From Pecten maximus (Eukaryota): a DNA stretch of 64,000 bases. The stretch is taken from contig NC_047026.1 in NCBI RefSeq assembly GCF_902652985.1, forward strand, positions 30,690,001 through 30,754,000. The letters are read 5' to 3'. Positions within the stretch are counted from its first letter, which is position 1; each line of letters starts with the position of its first letter. Both the position numbers and the translations under genes were made by a program. This document shows, piece by piece, positions 60,162 through 64,000 of this stretch. Below the pieces are notes generated by a model, which saw only the letters and a program-made list of their open reading frames with translations, searched no databases and was not told the origin of the DNA.

Positions 60162-63100
60162 ATGGCAGCTATACCAGAACAAACGCTGATTAATGGGTAT
60201 AAGATACCATGTGTTGGACTTGGTACCTGGATGGTAGGTTGTTTACGAAAATGATTTAAACAGGAATATCAAACATTGTGTTTTGCGAATGACTTCCGCT
60301 AGTAGTATATCTCTGATTAGATGGGCCGAACTGGGTAGACATGTTTTAGCAAATATTAGTCTGCATTAACATAAACGATATGCCAAACATTGCAAATGGA
60401 CTCACTTCTTTTGTACTTTTTTTGTATTTGTATTCCTGATAAGTATATTCGTATTACTGGTTATTGTGTTGAGGTACATTTGTCTAGTAGATGATATGAA
60501 ATTAGGGCGTGAGGGCTGCCAACAAATACCCGACTGTACTTCCAACATGACGTAATAGATAGTGTATGGTGAGTTGTAGATACAAAGGTTTTAGTTATGA
60601 AACTTGAATGAGTGTCTTTCGTTTTTCCGTGTGATAAAGTTTTCCTAATTCAACGTATGAGACATCTAAGACATTTGTTAATGTGGTAGAAGGTCTATCA
60701 ACAATAAAAGACATATAAGTAAGACAAAAGGTAGGTCTGGGGTAAAAATACAGGTAAAATATAACGTGACCTCAGTGATTCTCAAAGTAGATCACCAAGG
60801 TCTATTGGCGCGCTGTGTATTGCAAAAACATTTCTTTATGTGGTACGGCCGATCTACAATAAAATAACCTAGGAACCTACGTTGTACAACATTGTACATA
60901 TTCTTAGAAATATTTTTCGATTTGAACATTGTGTGTGACTGGTTGTCTTACAAAATAATCTGACGACAACTTCCATGTTATTATATACATACGTTGCTTT
61001 AGTCTAAACCAGGACAAACAAGTATCGGAGAAGCTGTGAAAACCGCAATAAAGCTGGGATACCGACATTTCGATTGTGCGTTAATCTATGAAAATGAGCA
61101 GGAGATAGGAAAGGCAATTAAAGAATGTATTGATAACGGAGTTGTCAAACGGGAGGACCTGTTCATCACTTCTAAAGTAAGTTTTTAGTCATGAGTATTC
61201 ACTTCCATTACTTAATGATATCAACGTTTAACGACAACTGATATCATTCTTTATAATCTGATGTAAAATCTAATCTGAAACGAATGCCTTTACGATTTAG
61301 TTAAACTCAAATAAAATATTAGTGACGTGTTGGACAAGGAAAAAGGGTGGATACACTTTGGTGAAAATAGTGTTGATCTTAATACCCGGCGAAAAATGGG
61401 AACAGCTGGAATGGATCAGACAACTAATTTATACTTTATCAGATGCATGAAGCATAATCTTAATACGATGTTAATATAAAATAGTCTGATGTTAAGTAAA
61501 CGTTAGCTTGTCTCGTATCTTAATACGGAGAATTACATGAAACATATGTACATGTACAATTTATTTGAAAGAATATCTATGCCCTATTTACTAACATCCT
61601 TTTAACACATATGGACACATTAAAAGCTGTAATTTAAGCTCTCTGTATCAGGGCATATATGTGTTGTGCATTAATTATTAAGATTTGCATTCACCCAATC
61701 ATCGTAAAACCTCGACACTCCGAAACACGGAAACAGAATTACCAGGGGTTTCCTATGATACATTTATCCATACTTCCTCAAACTGATTACAGTAAACATA
61801 TTTGATATCATATTTCAAAAACGTTAATAGTATACATCTTATACGTTTCAGTTATGGAACACCTACCACAGCAAGGCGCGAGTACCGGAGGGATGTAAGG
61901 AGTCCTTGGCCAGCCTCGGTATGGACTATGTTGACTTGTACCTTATACACTGGCCTTTTCCTATGCGGGTAAGGACATACACTATTAAACACTGAATTAG
62001 TTTTGTGTTCATTTTCGTTTGCATTTGTATTAAGTGTTTTGTAAATTAATTTCCATGTCACTGTTTAATTTACGAACGTTTTGTCCTGTATACTAAGGGT
62101 AATGTATACTAGCAGCAATATCACTTAATACTGCGTGTAGTAAGTATAATAGAATGTCGGAATTGAAAATAGGTGTAAAATTGATTTATTATTGAAGAGA
62201 AATTATTAAATGTACATCTGCAGTACAGTTTGTACTATCGTATACAGAAGGTGTGCTATATTTTGCCTTGTATATATGTAACATAATATAGATAAATATG
62301 GAACGAAGAAAAAAATAATAAACACCACTTTTTAGTCAAATAAAAATACTTAGCTGGATGGGGTGTTAACACACCTGCTGCTCAATTATCAACTAACTAG
62401 AGTACTATCGAAACGTACGAGACCGTTTGGTGTTTTGACATAGTGAGATTTTCTACAATATTAAATATTTCAGGAAAATGCCGGATTACTCCCCGTAGCA
62501 CCAGATGGCAAGGCTGATGTTATCGATATAGACTATACTGAAACATGGACGGTGAGAACTTCTCATAATTATAAAGACAATGCTGAAACATGGAGGCGCG
62601 GTGGGGATGACTTCTGCTGAATATTATGGAGACGATATTGAAACATGGAGGCGGGGTGGGAATGGGGTTGACTTTTGATGGTTATTATGCAGATAATACG
62701 GAAACATGGAGGCAGGGTTGGGTTTGGCTTCTGATGATTATTATGCAGAGGCTATTAAAACATGGAGGCGGGGTGGGATTGACTTCAGATGATCATTATG
62801 CAGACGCTATTGAAACATGGAGGCAGGGGTGTGTTGGCTTTTGATGATTATTATGCAGAAAATACTGACACATGGACGGGAAGGACTTCTCATTATTTTT
62901 CTGTTCTAAATGTATTGAAAATCTATGTTGCTTCTAATGTATGATATGTTGATGTTCTGATAATTACATTATTATACTGCCAATGGCATTTGATGATATA
63001 TAATTGATGTTATATATGTCATCAGGACCTTACAGTACAGACATATTAGACCTTTGGGGAACACTTTTGTACCAGGCAATGATACACAACAAGAAATCTA

Positions 63101-63632
63101 TGTAAAATGTGCTTATTTAGGATATATCATTTTCTTTGAATCTTTCTTTAAATTTGACTTAAATAATCTGCAAAAAAACTTATATGAGAAATAGTCATTA
63201 TAAGGGATGTTCAATGCATTATGCAAATGCTGTATTTGTGACAGGCCATGCAGGATTTGGTGGACCAGGGTTTGTGTAGATCGATTGGGGTATCAAACTT
63301 CAATTCAAAACAAATCCAGAAGATTATGGATCTTGGTTTGAAATATCCGATAACCTGTAACGAGGTAAGAACAAATTCTATTCTTCGAATTTAACAAAAG
63401 TAATATCAAAACACATTTGACGTTAAAACTAAACACGCACAATGTATAAACGCCTTAATTCCTGAACATGTATCTCAAATATTGTCTATAACGGCATTTT
63501 ATTGACTGCTTTTGTTAAATTTCAGATCGAAATATCTCCCCACAATTCCAACGAAAAGTTATTACAATTCTGTAAATCCAAAGGCATTGCTGTAATTGCT
63601 TATTCCCCACTTGGGTCTGCTGAGCGGCCATG
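60162..63632 (+). CDS. Aldo-keto reductase family 1 paralog, exons 1-6 (continues beyond window)
   Basis: Exons 60162-60233, 61003-61176, 61852-61968, 62474-62551, 63245-63364, 63526-63632. GT-AG, in frame, catalytic tetrad intact; close paralog of 43178-48263. Confidence 0.93.
62536..62900 (+). repeat. ~45-60-bp tandem repeat derived from the exon 4/intron 4 junction
   Basis: About 7 copies of GAAACATGGA(C/G)G...ACTTCT..T.ATTAT; the first is the real exon end. Confidence 0.8.
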
Positions 63633-64000
63633 GTAAGTGTAAAACGAATGTCTAGAAATACATTACGTGTATTATACACAGGCAAAATGTCTTCATGTCA
63701 ATTCAGGTCAAATTCAGGTCAATTTCAAGTCAATATTTTTTCAGGTCAAATTGACCTCAAGACATTTTGCCTGTGTATAAATAGTTATCAACACGAATTT
63801 AGTCAACATTGATGCTTTGCGAATTTACGTTAACGATACATGTTTTATGTTTATGTGTTATGCATAACAAAGCATTCAAGAATGTAATGATTAGAAACAT
63901 AATACCAAACAAAGTATTCAAAGTATTTCCGTATATCAGTGGGTTGGAGATTCGACATAGGATTTTAAGTTCTTAGAGTAAATCCTAACGATGCAATCTT

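Overview
AT-rich animal genomic DNA, most likely a bivalve mollusc judging from the SINE and Helentron-type repeats (inference). Host genes: three intron-containing aldo-keto reductase (AKR1-type) paralogs. One is complete and canonical (- strand, 43178-48263). One is canonical and runs off the window end (+ strand, from 60162). One has an intact frame but lacks the catalytic Tyr and His (- strand, 21101-29004). The most unusual object is a 4.93-kb near-perfect palindrome (11707-16634) inserted at TATATA inside a 34-bp satellite. It carries two head-to-head copies of a 3-exon Crypton/DUF3504-type tyrosine recombinase gene, and each end is capped by a ~168-nt hairpin with strand-specific tandem G.A mismatches. 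Other mobile elements: an intact Gypsy element with identical LTRs inside a second satellite; a gag-only non-autonomous LTR element with PPxY motifs; a tRNA-containing solo LTR; a decayed 8.9-kb Kolobok in an AKR promoter; a Tc1 relic; SINEs; and Helentron-type elements. All calls were made by eye, with no database searches.
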